Origin: Eledone cirrhosa
Lineage: Eukaryota
DNA length: 64,000 nt
Direction: 5' to 3'
Assembly: GCA_964016885.1 (NCBI GenBank)
Contig: OZ024759.1
Span: 28,396,001-28,460,000, forward strand
Shown: in pieces, positions 22,301-37,300 of the stretch
Layout: each line of letters begins with the position of its first letter
Numbering within the stretch: the first letter of the stretch is position 1
Program-made: the position numbers and the translations under genes
Notes under the pieces: generated by a model
Database searches by the model: none
What the model was told of the DNA's origin: nothing
Seen by the model: the letters and a program-made list of their open reading frames with translations, nothing else

Positions 22301-25300
22301 ATAGGTTCTCCGTATTTTCTGAAGTCGTCTGACCATGCCCCAAAACAATATTCTAGGTTGTATCACACATATCATTCAACTAGTGTTTTAGACCTCTCGA
22401 CATTTAGCTAGGCAAAGGAATGTTTTATTATTCCTATCATCTGAATTCCTTTTTTTTTTCTTCAACATGTTTAGCCATCTTTAAAATCATATTCATACAT
22501 ATTCACAATTCCTCGTGGAGGGGTATAAGAGACATGTATAAATATAGCTGCATATTACTACAAAATAACTTGAACCATATCGCGAAACATTTTGTAAAGT
22601 ATCTCTGTAATTATTCTCATTTCGATTTTCTGTAGAATGTATTGACGTTTAAGATAGAGCCAATTGCCCTTCTTCTAATAATCTCTTTGTCCATTCCATG
22701 TTTAGTCTCACAAAATATTGTTAATGCAAGATTTTGCTCTAATGTAATAAATGTTACTTTTAAAAGACCGAAGTTCTCAATTTTCTTCTTTCTCTTGTAT
22801 ATTGATATCTAAAGGATGACAAATGTATGCATTATGTGATAGGGAGGGAAAAAGCCACGACCTTCTTCTCTCGTTACAGAAGGCTAATTGACAACGTCTT
22901 TCGCAGGAGTGACTAGTACTACTGCCTTTTATATACCGTGACAACTGGAAAGACGTGACAAATAAGGATACACTCTGCTCTCCTTATCAACATTGTCCGA
23001 GTCTGAGGACCTTTCCTCCCTGGTTAAGGAGTGAGATAAAATATTAGGGATCAATCTCTAGCAATAATTTCATTAAATCATATTTAACCAGAGACTGTTA
23101 TGTCGTGGTTGTTGCTATATTTTATAGTCGTGGTTTCAATGTTTAACAGCGGTTGTATAATTAGCTTTATCTAATTATTATCAAACAAAACAGATTTATA
23201 TATTGTCGCCGTTGTACGTTAAAATCACATATATATTTATATACACACCAAGGATGGAGGGACGACGGAATTGAAAACCATTATTGCTGAGTACATCACG
23301 GCAAGATCTAATCTAATACACACACACACACTCTCCCGTATATATTTAATAATCAGCTATGACCATGAAGAAGGTCCCTGTAGATCATCTGGTTGTAGGA
23401 TCTAATGAACCCGAAAGAAAGTGAAAATATATTTTATGAAAGCCCCAGAAGAATAAATGTAAACATTGACCCGATTCTAGTAGAAATAACAATGAGAAAG
23501 CCATGAACGCCAGCACATCTATTTTGCTTGGAAATTGAAAGTAGGTTTATAAATATTAATTTTTTTCTTATGTTCTTGTATCTGTTTCGTTGGCCTAATG
23601 GTAGGTGTTAGAGACTATGTAGACATTGATGTGGTGTTCAATCTCAGTCCGAATCTGTACTATATATTTTTAAATTTAAATTTTTCTCTAGCAAAGTAAA
23701 AAAATGAAATTATAATCTATAGACTTTGTCTGAGATCGAAACCCAGAGCAGGTTCTCCACCGTCTCTAATACCTACCATTAGGCCACGGAGACAGATATA
23801 AAAACAGTGTGAAAATTAATATTTATAAAGTTACTTTTTTATTTTTGTTTTATACTATAAAAAAATATAATACGACACACTGCCAGTGATTGAACCCCGC
23901 ACCTGGACCTCCACCGGCTCTTATACTTACCACTAGGCTAAAGGGACGGTTACGGAAACTTACTGAAAATTGATATTTATAAACCTACTTTTTCATTACT
24001 AGAAAAAACCGGAAGTGGAGAAAATTGAAAAACATCTTCTTTTTCTTCCTCTGATTTTTTTTTATCCAAAATTTCGATTTAAGTCAGAGACGAGTTATCG
24101 TTCGTGGCAAAAATCAGAGGAAGAAAAAGAAAAAGTTTTTCAATTTTCTCCACTTCCGGTTTTTTCTAGTATAGGTAAGTAAATATTAATTTTCAATGCA
24201 TTTTTCTAACCGTCCCTGTGGCCTAATGGTAAGTACTAGAGACGGTGGAGATCCTGATTTAGGGTTCGATTTCCGTTAGGTTTTATACTAATAACTGCGT
24301 ATTTGTTGCTTTTATTAAGTAAGATTTGAACTAATAATGCTGTACTTTGTAGTAATGTCCCATATTATATTCAACATATTTTAATTAAAATTTGTTTTTT
24401 TTTATAAAAGAAAGAACAAAAAACCTTATTGAAATTAAGAAATGAATTTTATTCAGTAAAGTTGTTTTTATTTTGTTTTCACTTCATTAACTGCTGAATA
24501 CGTCTTTTGTTTTTGTTTTTGATTCTTTCTAACCATTGTTTACTGCAAATGGTGACTGCAACGAAGCTGGATTATTACCAAGTTTCACTGGATGATTGTA
24601 TTATTTTGTTGTCAGTGGACATCTGGACATCTATCTAAATACCTGGAATAAACACAAGGTGTGTGTTTTACGTAACATTTCATTTTAATGTCTGATGTTC
24701 CTGTATATCACATTTAAAATGTAACCAATAAACAAGAGAGGGAGGCGACATCAAAATAAACCACACAGACGAGGTACGAATAATCTAAAATTAATTTTAA
24801 CAAACTATAAACGATGTTTAAAGAGAGACAAACATTAAAAAAGGATTTCAAACAAACACGTAAACACAATTACAGCCATAATCTAATATGTGAAGATCAA
24901 CATTTTTCACGATCGAAATAAAACTAAATATGTAAAGTTTAGTGGCCCCTGATTTACTTGCTTTTAATTTCATTTTGATAATCTGTATTCTGTAGACATA
25001 TATTTATGATTTTAATGATGAAATTTCCTCTTGTCTTTAAAAGATTATTACTTATAAAAATTATAATAGTCACCTCCTCATTCGAGGTAGCTTACCCACA
25101 GGGGTTCCTCAACTGGGCGATTTCAACTGTTGGGTGGGCGATGAGCAGCTGAACAGAAAATTGAGGGCCATTGGAAACTTTGGTGGCCGATATAGAATTT
25201 TGAGATTTAAGAAGGTATGCTACCCGAAAACCTATTCAAGGAATATATGCAAAGAACCTGAATAAAAATCAGGAAGCTAATTGGGAAAATTAAACCAGGA

Positions 25301-28300
25301 ACAAACATTTACGAAACATATTTGGTATACTTTGGAATATTTACTATACAGGTGGCTGGTGGAATATTTTTCAAATGTTCTGGAGACAAGCCTCTTAGCT
25401 ATATATCATAGTTCTTCAATCCTTCATCTTCCACAGTTGGTGAAGTATTTCGATTTGATATGACGATCGCAGAGTTAGATTTAGGACGTGGTGGCGTTCA
25501 TGGCTTTCTTAGTGTTGTTACTAGAAAGGGTCGACTCTGTCTTTCACACTTCAGGTTTTTTCATGAATTAAATATCCATTTTCTTTCTGATCGGTCTAAC
25601 AATGATTTGAACCTACAATGACTCCGTCTGTAATAATGTTCTCTTATTTGAAATATGCCATACCTAACTCCCGTGTCTGTGTGTGTGAAAAATATTCCAA
25701 CTTAGAGCGACGTGCCCGTAAATTGTTTAGCCTGATTCCTATATATAGATAATGTGTAATATTTGAACCTTCATGGAGGGTCTTTGCCGTAATTTCCCGT
25801 AACTCCGACTAGAAGTCATTATGTAGTTTTTTCGTCCGTTAAAAATAATGATTAAAACAATTCTATATCCACAGTTCTATACACCTCTTCATCACATATT
25901 ATATTATTTCCACCAATAACTACATTATATCCTTAAATATGACACCAAGACATATAATTTGTAAATAAAAGATAAAATATTAAAACCTCAATTTTTAAAT
26001 AATTTTACCCCACTTTTGTGTTCTCAGTGTTTAGATTAACCCATAATTTTATGATTTTGGAGCATATAACTTATAGTACCAGTCATGTACTGGGATCAAT
26101 TTAACGGATTGGTTCCTCCCCGCAAATTACTTGACTTTTGCCTAAGTAAGACATACTCACAGAATGTATCGTTGTATATGTATGAATGTATATATATATA
26201 TTAGTATATTTTATGTTTACAATAAAAATAGACAAACAATTTAATGATAATATGAAATGAAAGTATTATTATTTATTAATAATATTTTTATTGTTTTCAC
26301 TGCATTAACTTCTGAGTGTGACTTTGTTTTTCTTACTATTTTCTACTGTAAATGGCGGCTTAATTGGATTATTACTAAGGTTTACTGGATTGTGGTGTTT
26401 CTTTATTGTTTTATATTTCAATCAGTGGACATCAGGATAGCTTTCTATATACCTGGGATAAATGTAAAGAGTACTGATTTTCATCTGCAGTTCAATGGTG
26501 ATGTCTTCTTATATTTTCATTTACTTCTGCAATACTGTATATTGTAGTCCTTTCATTTTTTTAAATATTTCTATCATGTCACTCGTTTGATATATCTCCC
26601 CGAAAGATATAGTTATTCGGAGCTTTACATTGGAATAGTGTACTACTATTTAAATATTAGTCCTTTAAATATATATTTCTCTCATGTCCCCCCCCCCCCC
26701 ACCCTCTTAGATTTATCTCCTCTAAATTTGCAATCCCTAAAGTTTAACATCTTTCTTCAGAAGACGATTTCTTAATAATTCTGGTGTTTTCTGTTTTGTT
26801 CTTTTCTGGATTCCTTCAATAGGTTCTCCGTATTTTCTGAAGTCGTCTGACCATGCCCCAAAACAATATTCTAGGTTGTATCACACATATCATTCAACTA
26901 GTGTTTTAGACCTCTCGACATTTAGCTAGGCAAAGGAATGTTTTATTATTCCTATCATCTGAATTCCTTTTTTTTTTCTTCAACATGTTTAGCCATCTTT
27001 AAAATCATATTCATACATATTCACAATTCCTCGTGGAGGGGTATAAGAGACATGTATAAATATAGCTGCATATTACTACAAAATAACTTGAACCATATCG
27101 CGAAACATTTTGTAAAGTATCTCTGTAATTATTCTCATTTCGATTTTCTGTAGAATGTATTGACGTTTAAGATAGAGCCAATTGCCCTTCTTCTAATAAT
27201 CTCTTTGTCCATTCCATGTTTAGTCTCACAAAATATTGTTAATGCAAGATTTTGCTCTAATGTAATAAATGTTACTTTTAAAAGACCGAAGTTCTCAATG
27301 TTCTTCTTTCTCTTGTATATTGATATCTAAAGGATGACAAATGTATGCATTATGTGATAGGGAGGGAAAAAGCCACGACCTTCTTCTCTCGTTACAGAAG
27401 GCTAATTGACAACGTCTTTCGCAGGAGTGACTAGTACTACTGCCTTTTATATACCGTGACAACTGGAAAGACGTGACAAATAAGGATACACTCTGCTCTC
27501 CTTATCAACATTGTCCGAGTCTGAGGACCTTTCCTCCCTGGTTAAGGAGTGAGATAAAATATTAGGGATCAATCTCTAGCAATAATTTCATTAAATCATA
27601 TTTAACCAGAGACTGTTATGTCGTGGTTGTTGCTATATTTTATAGTCGTGGTTTCAATGTTTAACAGCGGTTGTATAATTAGCTTTATCTAATTATTATC
27701 AAACAAAACAGATTTATATATTGTCGCCGTTGTACGTTAAAATCACATATATATTTATATACACACCAAGGATGGAGGGACGACGGAATTGAAAACCATT
27801 ATTGCTGAGTACATCACGGCAAGATCTAATCTAATACACACACACACACTCTCCCGTATATATTTAATAATCAGCTATGACCATGAAGAAGGTCCCTGTA
27901 GATCATCTGGTTGTAGGATCTAATGAACCCGAAAGAAAGTGAAAATATATTTTATGAAAGCCCCAGAAGAATAAATGTAAACATTGACCCGATTCTAGTA
28001 GAAATAACAATGAGAAAGCCATGAACGCCAGCACATCTATTTTGCTTGGAAATTGAAAGTAGGTTTATAAATATTAATTTTTTTCTTATGTTATTGTATC
28101 TGTTTCGTTGGCCTAATGGTAGGTGTTAGAGACTATGTAGACATAGATGTGGTGTTCAATCTCAGTCCGAATCTGTACTATATATTTTTAAATTTAAATT
28201 TTTCTCTAGCAAAGTAAAAAAATGAAATTATTATCTATAGACTTTGAATGAGATCGAAACCCAGAGCAGGTTCTCCACCGTCTCTAATACCTACCATTAG

Positions 28301-31300
28301 GCCACGGAGACAGATATAAAAACAGTGTGAAAATTAATATTTATAAAGTTACTTTTTTATTTTTGTTTTATACTATAAAAAAATATAATACGACACACTG
28401 CCAGTGATTGAACCCCGCACCTGGACCTCCACCGGCTCTTATACTTACCACTAGGCTAAAGGGACGGTTACGGAAACTTACTGAAAATTGATATTTATAA
28501 ACCTACTTTTTCATTACTAGAAAAAACCGGAAATGGAGAAAATTGAAAAACATCTTCTTTTTCTTCCTCTGATTTTTTTTTATCCAAAATTTCGATTTAA
28601 GTCAGAGACGAGTTATCGTTCGTGGCAAAAATCAGAGGAAGAAAAAGAAAAAGTTTTTCAATTTTCTCCACTTCCGGTTTTTTCTAGTATAGGTAAGTAA
28701 ATATTAATTTTCAATGCATTTTTCTAACCGTCCCTGTGGCCTAATGGTAAGTACTAGAGACGGTGGAGATCCTGATTTAGGGTTCGATTTCCGTTAGGTT
28801 TTATACTAATAACTGCGTATTTGTTGCTTTTATTAAGTAAGATTTGAACTAATAATGCTGTACTTTGTAGTAATGTCCCATATTATATTCAACATATTTT
28901 AATTAAAATTTGTTTTTTTTTATAAAAGAAAGAACAAAAAACCTTATTGAAATTAAGAAATGAATTTTATTCAGTAAAGTTGTTTTTATTTTGTTTTCAC
29001 TTCATTAACTGCTGAATACGTCTTTTGTTTTTGTTTTTGATTCTTTCTAACCATTGTTTACTGCAAATGGTGACTGCAACGAAGCTGGATTATTACCAAG
29101 TTTCACTGGATGATTGTATTATTTTGTTGTCAGTGGACATCTGGACATCTATCTAAATACCTGGAATAAACACAAGGTGTGTGTTTTACGTAACATTTCA
29201 TTTTAATGTCTGATGTTCCTGTATATCACATTTAAAATGTAACCAATAAACAAGAGAGGGAGGCGACATCAAAATAAACCACACAGACGAGGTACGAATA
29301 ATCTAAAATTAATTTTAACAAACTATAAACGATGTTTAAAGAGAGACAAACATTAAAAAAGGATTTCAAACAAACACGTAAACACAATTACAGCCATAAT
29401 CTAATATGTGAAGATCAACATTTTTCACGATCGAAATAAAACTAAATATGTAAAGTTTAGTGGCCCCTGATTTACTTGCTTTTAATTTCATTTTGATAAT
29501 CTGTATTCTGTAGACATATATTTATGATTTTAATGATGAAATTTCCTCTTGTCTTTAAAAGATTATTACTTATAAAAATTATAATAGTCACCTCCTCATT
29601 CGAGGTAGCTTACCCACAGGGGTTCCTCAACTGGGCGATTTCAACTGTTGGGTGGGCGATGAGCAGCTGAACAGAAAATTGAGGGCCATTGGAAACTTTG
29701 GTGGCCGATATAGAATTTTGAGATTTAAGAAGGTATGCTACCCGAAAACCTATTCAAGGAATATATGCAAAGAACCTGAATAAAAATCAGGAAGCTAATT
29801 GGGAAAATTAAACCAGGAACAAACATTTACGAAACATATTTGGTATACTTTGGAATATTTACTATACAGGTGGCTGGTGGAATATTTTTCAAATGTTCTG
29901 GAGACAAGCCTCTTAGCTATATATCATAGTTCTTCAATCCTTCATCTTCCACAGTTGGTGAAGTATTTCGATTTGATATGACGATCGCAGAGTTAGATTT
30001 AGGACGTGGTGGCGTTCATGGCTTTCTTAGTGTTGTTACTAGAAAGGGTCGACTCTGTCTTTCACACTTCAGGTTTTTTCATGAATTAAATATCCATTTT
30101 CTTTCTGATCGGTCTAACAATGATTTGAACCTACAATGACTCCGTCTGTAATAATGTTCTCTTATTTGAAATATGCCATACCTAACTCCCGTGTCTGTGT
30201 GTGTGAAAAATATTCCAACTTAGAGCGACGTGCCCGTAAATTGTTTAGCCTGATTCCTATATATAGATAATGTGTAATATTTGAACCTTCATGGAGGGTC
30301 TTTGCCGTAATTTCCCGTAACTCCGACTAGAAGTCATTATGTAGTTTTTTCGTCCGTTAAAAATAATGATTAAAACAATTCTATATCCACAGTTCTATAC
30401 ACCTCTTCATCACATATTATATTATTTCCACCAATAACTACATTATATCCTTAAATATGACACCAAGACATATAATTTGTAAATAAAAGATAAAATATTA
30501 AAACCTCAATTTTTAAATAATTTTACCCCACTTTTGTGTTCTCAGTGTTTAGATTAACCCATAATTTTATGATTTTGGAGCATATAACTTATAGTACCAG
30601 TCATGTACTGGGATCAATTTAACGGATTGGTTCCTCCCCGCAAATTACTTGACTTTTGCCTAAGTAAGACATACTCACAGAATGTATCGTTGTATATGTA
30701 TGAATGTATATATATATATTAGTATATTTTATGTTTACAATAAAAATAGACAAACAATTTAATGATAATATGAAATGAAAGTATTATTATTTATTAATAA
30801 TATTTTTATTGTTTTCACTGCATTAACTTCTGAGTGTGACTTTGTTTTTCGTACTATTTTCTACTGTAATTGGATTATTACTAAGGTTTACTGGATTGTG
30901 GTGTTTCTTTATTGTTTTATATTTCAATCAGTGGACATCAGGATAGCTTTCTATATACCTGGGATAAATGTAAAGAGTACTGATTTTCATCTGCAGTTCA
31001 ATGGTGATGTCTTCTTATATGTTCATTTACTTCTGCAATACTGTATATTGTAGTCCTTTCATTTTTTTAAATATTTCTATCATGTCACTCGTTTGATATA
31101 TCTCCCCGAAAGATATAGTTATTCAGAGCTTTACATTGGAATAGTGTACTACTATTTAAATATTAGTCCTTTAAATATATATTTCTCTCATGTCCCCCCC
31201 CCCCCACCCTCTTAGATTTATCTCCTCTAAATTTGCAATCCCTAAAGTTTAACATCTTTCTTCAGAAGACGATTTCTTAATAATTCTGGTGTTTTCTGTT

Positions 31301-34300
31301 TTGTTCTTTTCTGGATTCCTTCAATAGGTTCTCCGTATTTTCTGAAGTCGTCTGACCATGCCCCAAAACAATATTCTAGGTTGTATCACACATATCATTC
31401 AACTAGTGTTTTAGACCTCTCGACATTTAGCTAGGCAAAGGAATGTTTTATTATTCCTATCATCTGAATTCCTTTTTTTTTTCTTCAACATGTTTAGCCA
31501 TCTTTAAAATCATATTCATACATATTCACAATTCCTCGTGGAGGGGTATAAGAGACATGTATAAATATAGCTGCATATTACTACAAAATAACTTGAACCA
31601 TATCGCGAAACATTTTGTAAAGTATCTCTGTAATTATTCTCATTTCGATTTTCTGTAGAATGTATTGACGTTTAAGATAGAGACAATTGCCCTTCTTCTA
31701 ATAATCTCTTTGTCCATTCCATGTTTAGTCTCACAAAATATTGTTAATGCAAGATTTTGCTCTAATGTAATAAATGTTACTTTTAAAAGACCGAAGTTCT
31801 CAATTTTCTTCTTTCTCTTGTATATTGATATCTAAAGGATGACAAATGTATGCATTATGTGATAGGGAGGGAAAAAGCCACGACCTTCTTCTCTCGTTAC
31901 AGAAGGCTAATTGACAACGTCTTTCGCAGGAGTGACTAGTACTACTGCCTTTTATATACCGTGACAACTGGAAAGACGTGACAAATAAGGATACACTCTG
32001 CTCTCCTTATCAACATTGTCCGAGTCTGAGGACCTTTCCTCCCTGGTTAAGGAGTGAGATAAAATATTAGGGATCAATCTCTACTAATAATTTCATTAAA
32101 TCATATTTAACCAGAGACTGTTATGTCGTGGTTGTTGCTATATTTTATAGTCGTGGTTTCAATGTTTAACAGCGGTTGTATAATTAGCTTTATCTAATTA
32201 TTATCAAACAAAACAGATTTATATATTGTCGCCGTTGTACGTTAAAATCACATATATATTTATATACACACCAAGGATGGAGGGACGACGGAATTGAAAA
32301 CCATTATTGCTGAGTACATCACGGCAAGATCTAATCTAATACACACACACACACTCTCCCGTATATATTTAATAATCAGCTATGACCATGAAGAAGGTCC
32401 CTGTAGATCATCTGGTTGTAGGATCTAATGAACCCGAAAGAAAGTGAAAATATATTTTATGAAAGCCCCAGAAGAATAAATGTAAACATTGACCCGATTC
32501 TAGTAGAAATAACAATGAGAAAGCCATGAACGCCAGCACATCTATTTTGCTTGGAAATTGAAAGTAGGTTTATAAATATTAATTTTTTTCTTATGTTCTT
32601 GTATCTGTTTCGTTGGCCTAATGGTAGGTGTTAGAGACTATGTAGACATTGATGTGGTGTTCAATCTCAGTCCGAATCTGTACTATATATTTTTCTCTAG
32701 CAAAGTAAAAAAATGAAATTATTATCTATAGACTTTGACTGAGATCGAAACCCAGAGCAGGTTCTCCACCGTCTCTAATACCTACCATTAGGCCACGGAG
32801 ACAGATATAAAAACAGTGTGAAAATTAATATTTATAAAGTTACTTTTTTATTTTTGTTTTATACTATAAAAAATATAATACGACACACTGCCAGTGATTG
32901 AACCCCGCACCTGGACCTCCACCGGCTCTTATACTTACCACTAGGCTAAAGGGACGGTTACGGAAACTTACTGAAAATTGATATTTATAAACCTACTTTT
33001 TCATTACTAGAAAAAACCGGAAGTGGAGAAAATTGAAAAACATCTTCTTTTTCTTCCTCTGATTTTTTTTTATCCAAAATTTCGATTTAAGTCAGAGACG
33101 AGTTATCGTTCGTGGCAAAAATCAGAGGAAGAAAAAGAAAAAGTTTTTCAATTTTCTCCACTTCCGGTTTTTTCTAGTATAGGTAAGTAAATATTAATTT
33201 TCAATGCATTTTTCTAACCGTCCCTGTGGCCTAATGGTAAGTACTAGAGACGGTGGAGATCCTGATTTAGGGTTCGATTTCCGTTAGGTTTTATACTAAT
33301 AACTGCGTATTTGTTGCTTTTATTAAGTAAGATTTGAACTAATAATGCTGTACTTTGTAGTAATGTCCCATATTATATTCAACATATTTTAATTAAAATT
33401 TGTTTTTTTTTATAAAAGAAAGAACAAAAAACCTTATTGAAATTAAGAAATGAATTTTATTCAGTAAAGTTGTTTTTATTTTGTTTTCACTTCATTAACT
33501 GCTGAATACGTCTTTTGTTTTTGTTTTTGATTCTTTCTAACCATTGTTTACTGCAAATGGTGACTGCAACGAAGCTGGATTATTACCAAGTTTCACTGGA
33601 TGATTGTATTATTTTGTCAGTGGACATCTGGACATCTATCTAAATACCTGGAATAAACACAAGGTGTGTGTTTTACGTAACATTTCATTTTAATGTCTGA
33701 TGTTCCTGTATATCACATTTAAAATGTAACCAATAAACAAGAGAGGGAGGCGACATCAAAATAAACCACACAGACGAGGTACGAATAATCTAAAATTAAT
33801 TTTAACAAACTATAAACGATGTTTAAAGAGAGACAAACATTAAAAAAGGATTTCAAACAAACACGTAAACACAATTACAGCCATAATCTAATATGTGAAG
33901 ATCAACATTTTTCACGATCGAAATAAAACTAAATATGTAAAGTTTAGTGGCCCCTGATTTACATGCTTTTAATTTCATTTTGATAATCTGTATTCTGTAG
34001 ACATATATTTATGATTTTAATGATGAAATTTCCTCTTGTCTTTAAAAGATTATTACTTATAAAAATTATAATAGTCACCTCCTCATTCGAGGTAGCTTAC
34101 CCACAGGGGTTCCTCAACTGGGCGATTTCAACTGTTGGGTGGGCGATGAGCAGCTGAACAGAAAATTGAGGGCCATTGGAAACTTGGGTGGCCGATATAG
34201 AATTTTGAGATTTAAGAAGTATTGCTACCCGAAAACCTATTCAAGGAATATATGCAAAGAACCTGAATAAAAATCAGGAAGCTAATTGGTAAAATTAAAC

Positions 34301-37300
34301 CAGGAACAAACATTTACGAAACATATTTGGTATACTTTGGAATATTTACTATACAGGTGGCTGGTGGAATATTTTTCAAATGTTCTGGAGACAAGCCTCT
34401 TAGCTATATATCATAGTTCTTCAATCCTTCATCTTCCACAGTTGGTGAAGTATTTCGATTTGATATGACGATCGCAGAGTTAGATTTAGGACGTGGTGGC
34501 GTTCATGGCTTTCTTAGTGTTGTTACTAGAAAGGGTCGACTCTGTCTTTCACACTTCAGGTTTTTTCATGAATTAAATATCCATTTTCTTTCTGATCGGT
34601 CTAACAATGATTTGAACCTACAATGACTCCGTCTGTAATAATGTTCTCTTATTTGAAATATGCCATACCTAACTCCCGTGTCTGTGTGTGTGAAAAATAT
34701 TCCAACTTAGAGCGACGTGCCCGTAAATTGTTTAGCCTGATTCCTATATATAGATAATGTGTAATATTTGAACCTTCATGGAGGGTCTTTGCCGTAATTT
34801 CCCGTAACTCCGACTAGAAATCATTATGTAGTTTATTCGTCCGTTAAAAATAATGATTAAAACAATTCTATATCCACAGTTATATACACCTCTTCATCAC
34901 ATATATTATTTCCACCAATAACTACATTATATCCTTAAATATGACACCAAGACATATAATTTGTAAATAAAAGATAAAATATTAAAACCTCAATTTTTAA
35001 ATAATTTTACCCCACCTTTGTGTTCTCAGTGTTTAGATTAACCCATAATTTTATGATTTTGGAGCATATAACTTATAGTACCAGTCATATACTGGGATCA
35101 ATTTAACGGATTGGTTCCTCCTCGCAAATTACTTGACTTTTGCCTAAGTAAGACATACTCACAGAATGTATCGTTGTATATGTATGAATGTATATATATA
35201 TATATATATTAGTATATTTTATGTTTACAATAAAAATAGACAAACAATTTAATGATAATATGAAATGAAAGTATTATTATTTATTAATAATATTTTTATT
35301 GTTTTCACTGCATTAACTTCTGAGTGTGACTTTGTTTTTCTTACTATTTTCTACTGTAAATGGCGGCTTAATTGGATTATTACTAAGGTTTACTGGATTG
35401 TGGTGTTTCTTTATTGTTTTATATTTCAATCAGTGGACATCAGGATAGCTTTCTATATACCTGGGATAAATGTAAAGAGTACTGACTTTCATCTGCAGTT
35501 CAATGGTGATGTCTTCTTATATTTTCATTTACTTCTGCAATATTGTAGTCTTTACATTATTTTAAATATTTCTATCATGTCACTCGTTTGATATATCTCC
35601 CCGAAAGATATAGTTATTCAGAGCTTTACATTGGAATACTGTACTACTATTTAAATATTAGTCCTTTAAATATATATTTCTCTCATGTCCCCCCCCCCCC
35701 TCTTAGATTTATCTCCTCTAAATTTGCAATCCCTAAAGTTTAACATCTTTCTTCAGAAGACGATTTCTTAATAATTCTGGTGTTTTCTGTTTTGTTCTTT
35801 TCTGGATTCCTTCAATAGGTTCTCCGTATTTTCTGAAGTCGTCTGACCATGCCCCAAAACAATATTCTAGGTTGTATCACACATATCATTCAACTAGTGT
35901 TTTAGACCTCTCGACATTTAGCTAGGCAAAGGAATGTTTTATTATTCCTATCATCTGAATTCCTTTTTTTTTTCTTCAACATGTTTAGCCATCTTTAAAA
36001 TCATATTCATACATATTCACAATTCCTCGTGGAGGGGTATAAGAGACATGTATAAATATAGCTGCATATTACTACAAAATAACTTGAACCATATCGCGAA
36101 ACATTTTGTAAAGTATCTCTGTAATTATTCTCATTTCGATTTTCTGTAGAATGTATTGACGTTTAAGATAGAGACAATTGCCCTTCTTCTAATAATCTCT
36201 TTGTCCATTCCATGTTTAGTCTCACAAAATATTGTTAATGCAAGATTTTGCTCTAATGTAATAAATGTTACTTTTAAAAGACCGAAGTTCTCAATTTTCT
36301 TCTTTCTCTTGTATATTGATATCTAAAGGATAACAAATGTATGAATTATGTGATAGGGATGAAAAAAGCCACGACCTTCTTCTCTCGTTACAGAAGGCTA
36401 ACTGACAACGTCTTTCGCAGGAGTGACTAGTACTACTGCCTTTTATATACCGTGACAACTGGAAAGACGTGAAAAATAAGGATACACTCTGCTCTCCTTA
36501 TCAACATTGTCCGAGTCTGAGGACCTTTCCTCCCTGGTTAAGGAGTGAGATAAAATATTAGGGATCAATCTCTAGCAATAATTTCATTAAATCATATTTA
36601 ACCAGAGACTGTTATGTCGTGGTTGTTGCTATATTTTATAGTCGTGGTTTCAATGTTTAACAGCGGTTGTATAATTAGCTTTATCTAATTATTATCAAAC
36701 AAAACAGATTTATATATTGTCGCCGTTGTACGTTAAAATCACATATATATTTATATACACACCAAGGATGGAGGGACGACGGAATTGAAAACCATTATTG
36801 CTGAGTACATCACGGCAAGATCTAATCTAATACACACACACACACTCTCCCGTATATATTTAATAATCAGCTATGACCATGAAAAAGGTCCCTGTAGATC
36901 ATCTGGTTGTAGGATCTAATGAACCCGAAAGAAAGTGAAAATATATTTTATGAAAGCGCCAGAAGAATAAATGTAAACATTGACCCGATTCTAGTAGAAA
37001 TAACAATGAGAAAGCCATGAACGCCAGCACATCTATTTTGCTTGGAAATTGAAAGTAGGTTTATAAATATTAATTTTTTTCTTATGTTCTTGTATCTGTT
37101 TCGTTGGCCTAATGGTAGGTGTTAGAGACTATGTAGACATTGATGTGGTGTTCAATCTCAGTCCGAATCTGTACTATATATTTTTAAATTTAAATTTTTC
37201 TCTAGCAAAGTAAAAAAATGAAATTATTATCTATAGACTTTGACTGAGATCGAAACCCAGAGCAGGTTCTCCACCGTCTCTAATACCTACCATTAGGCCA

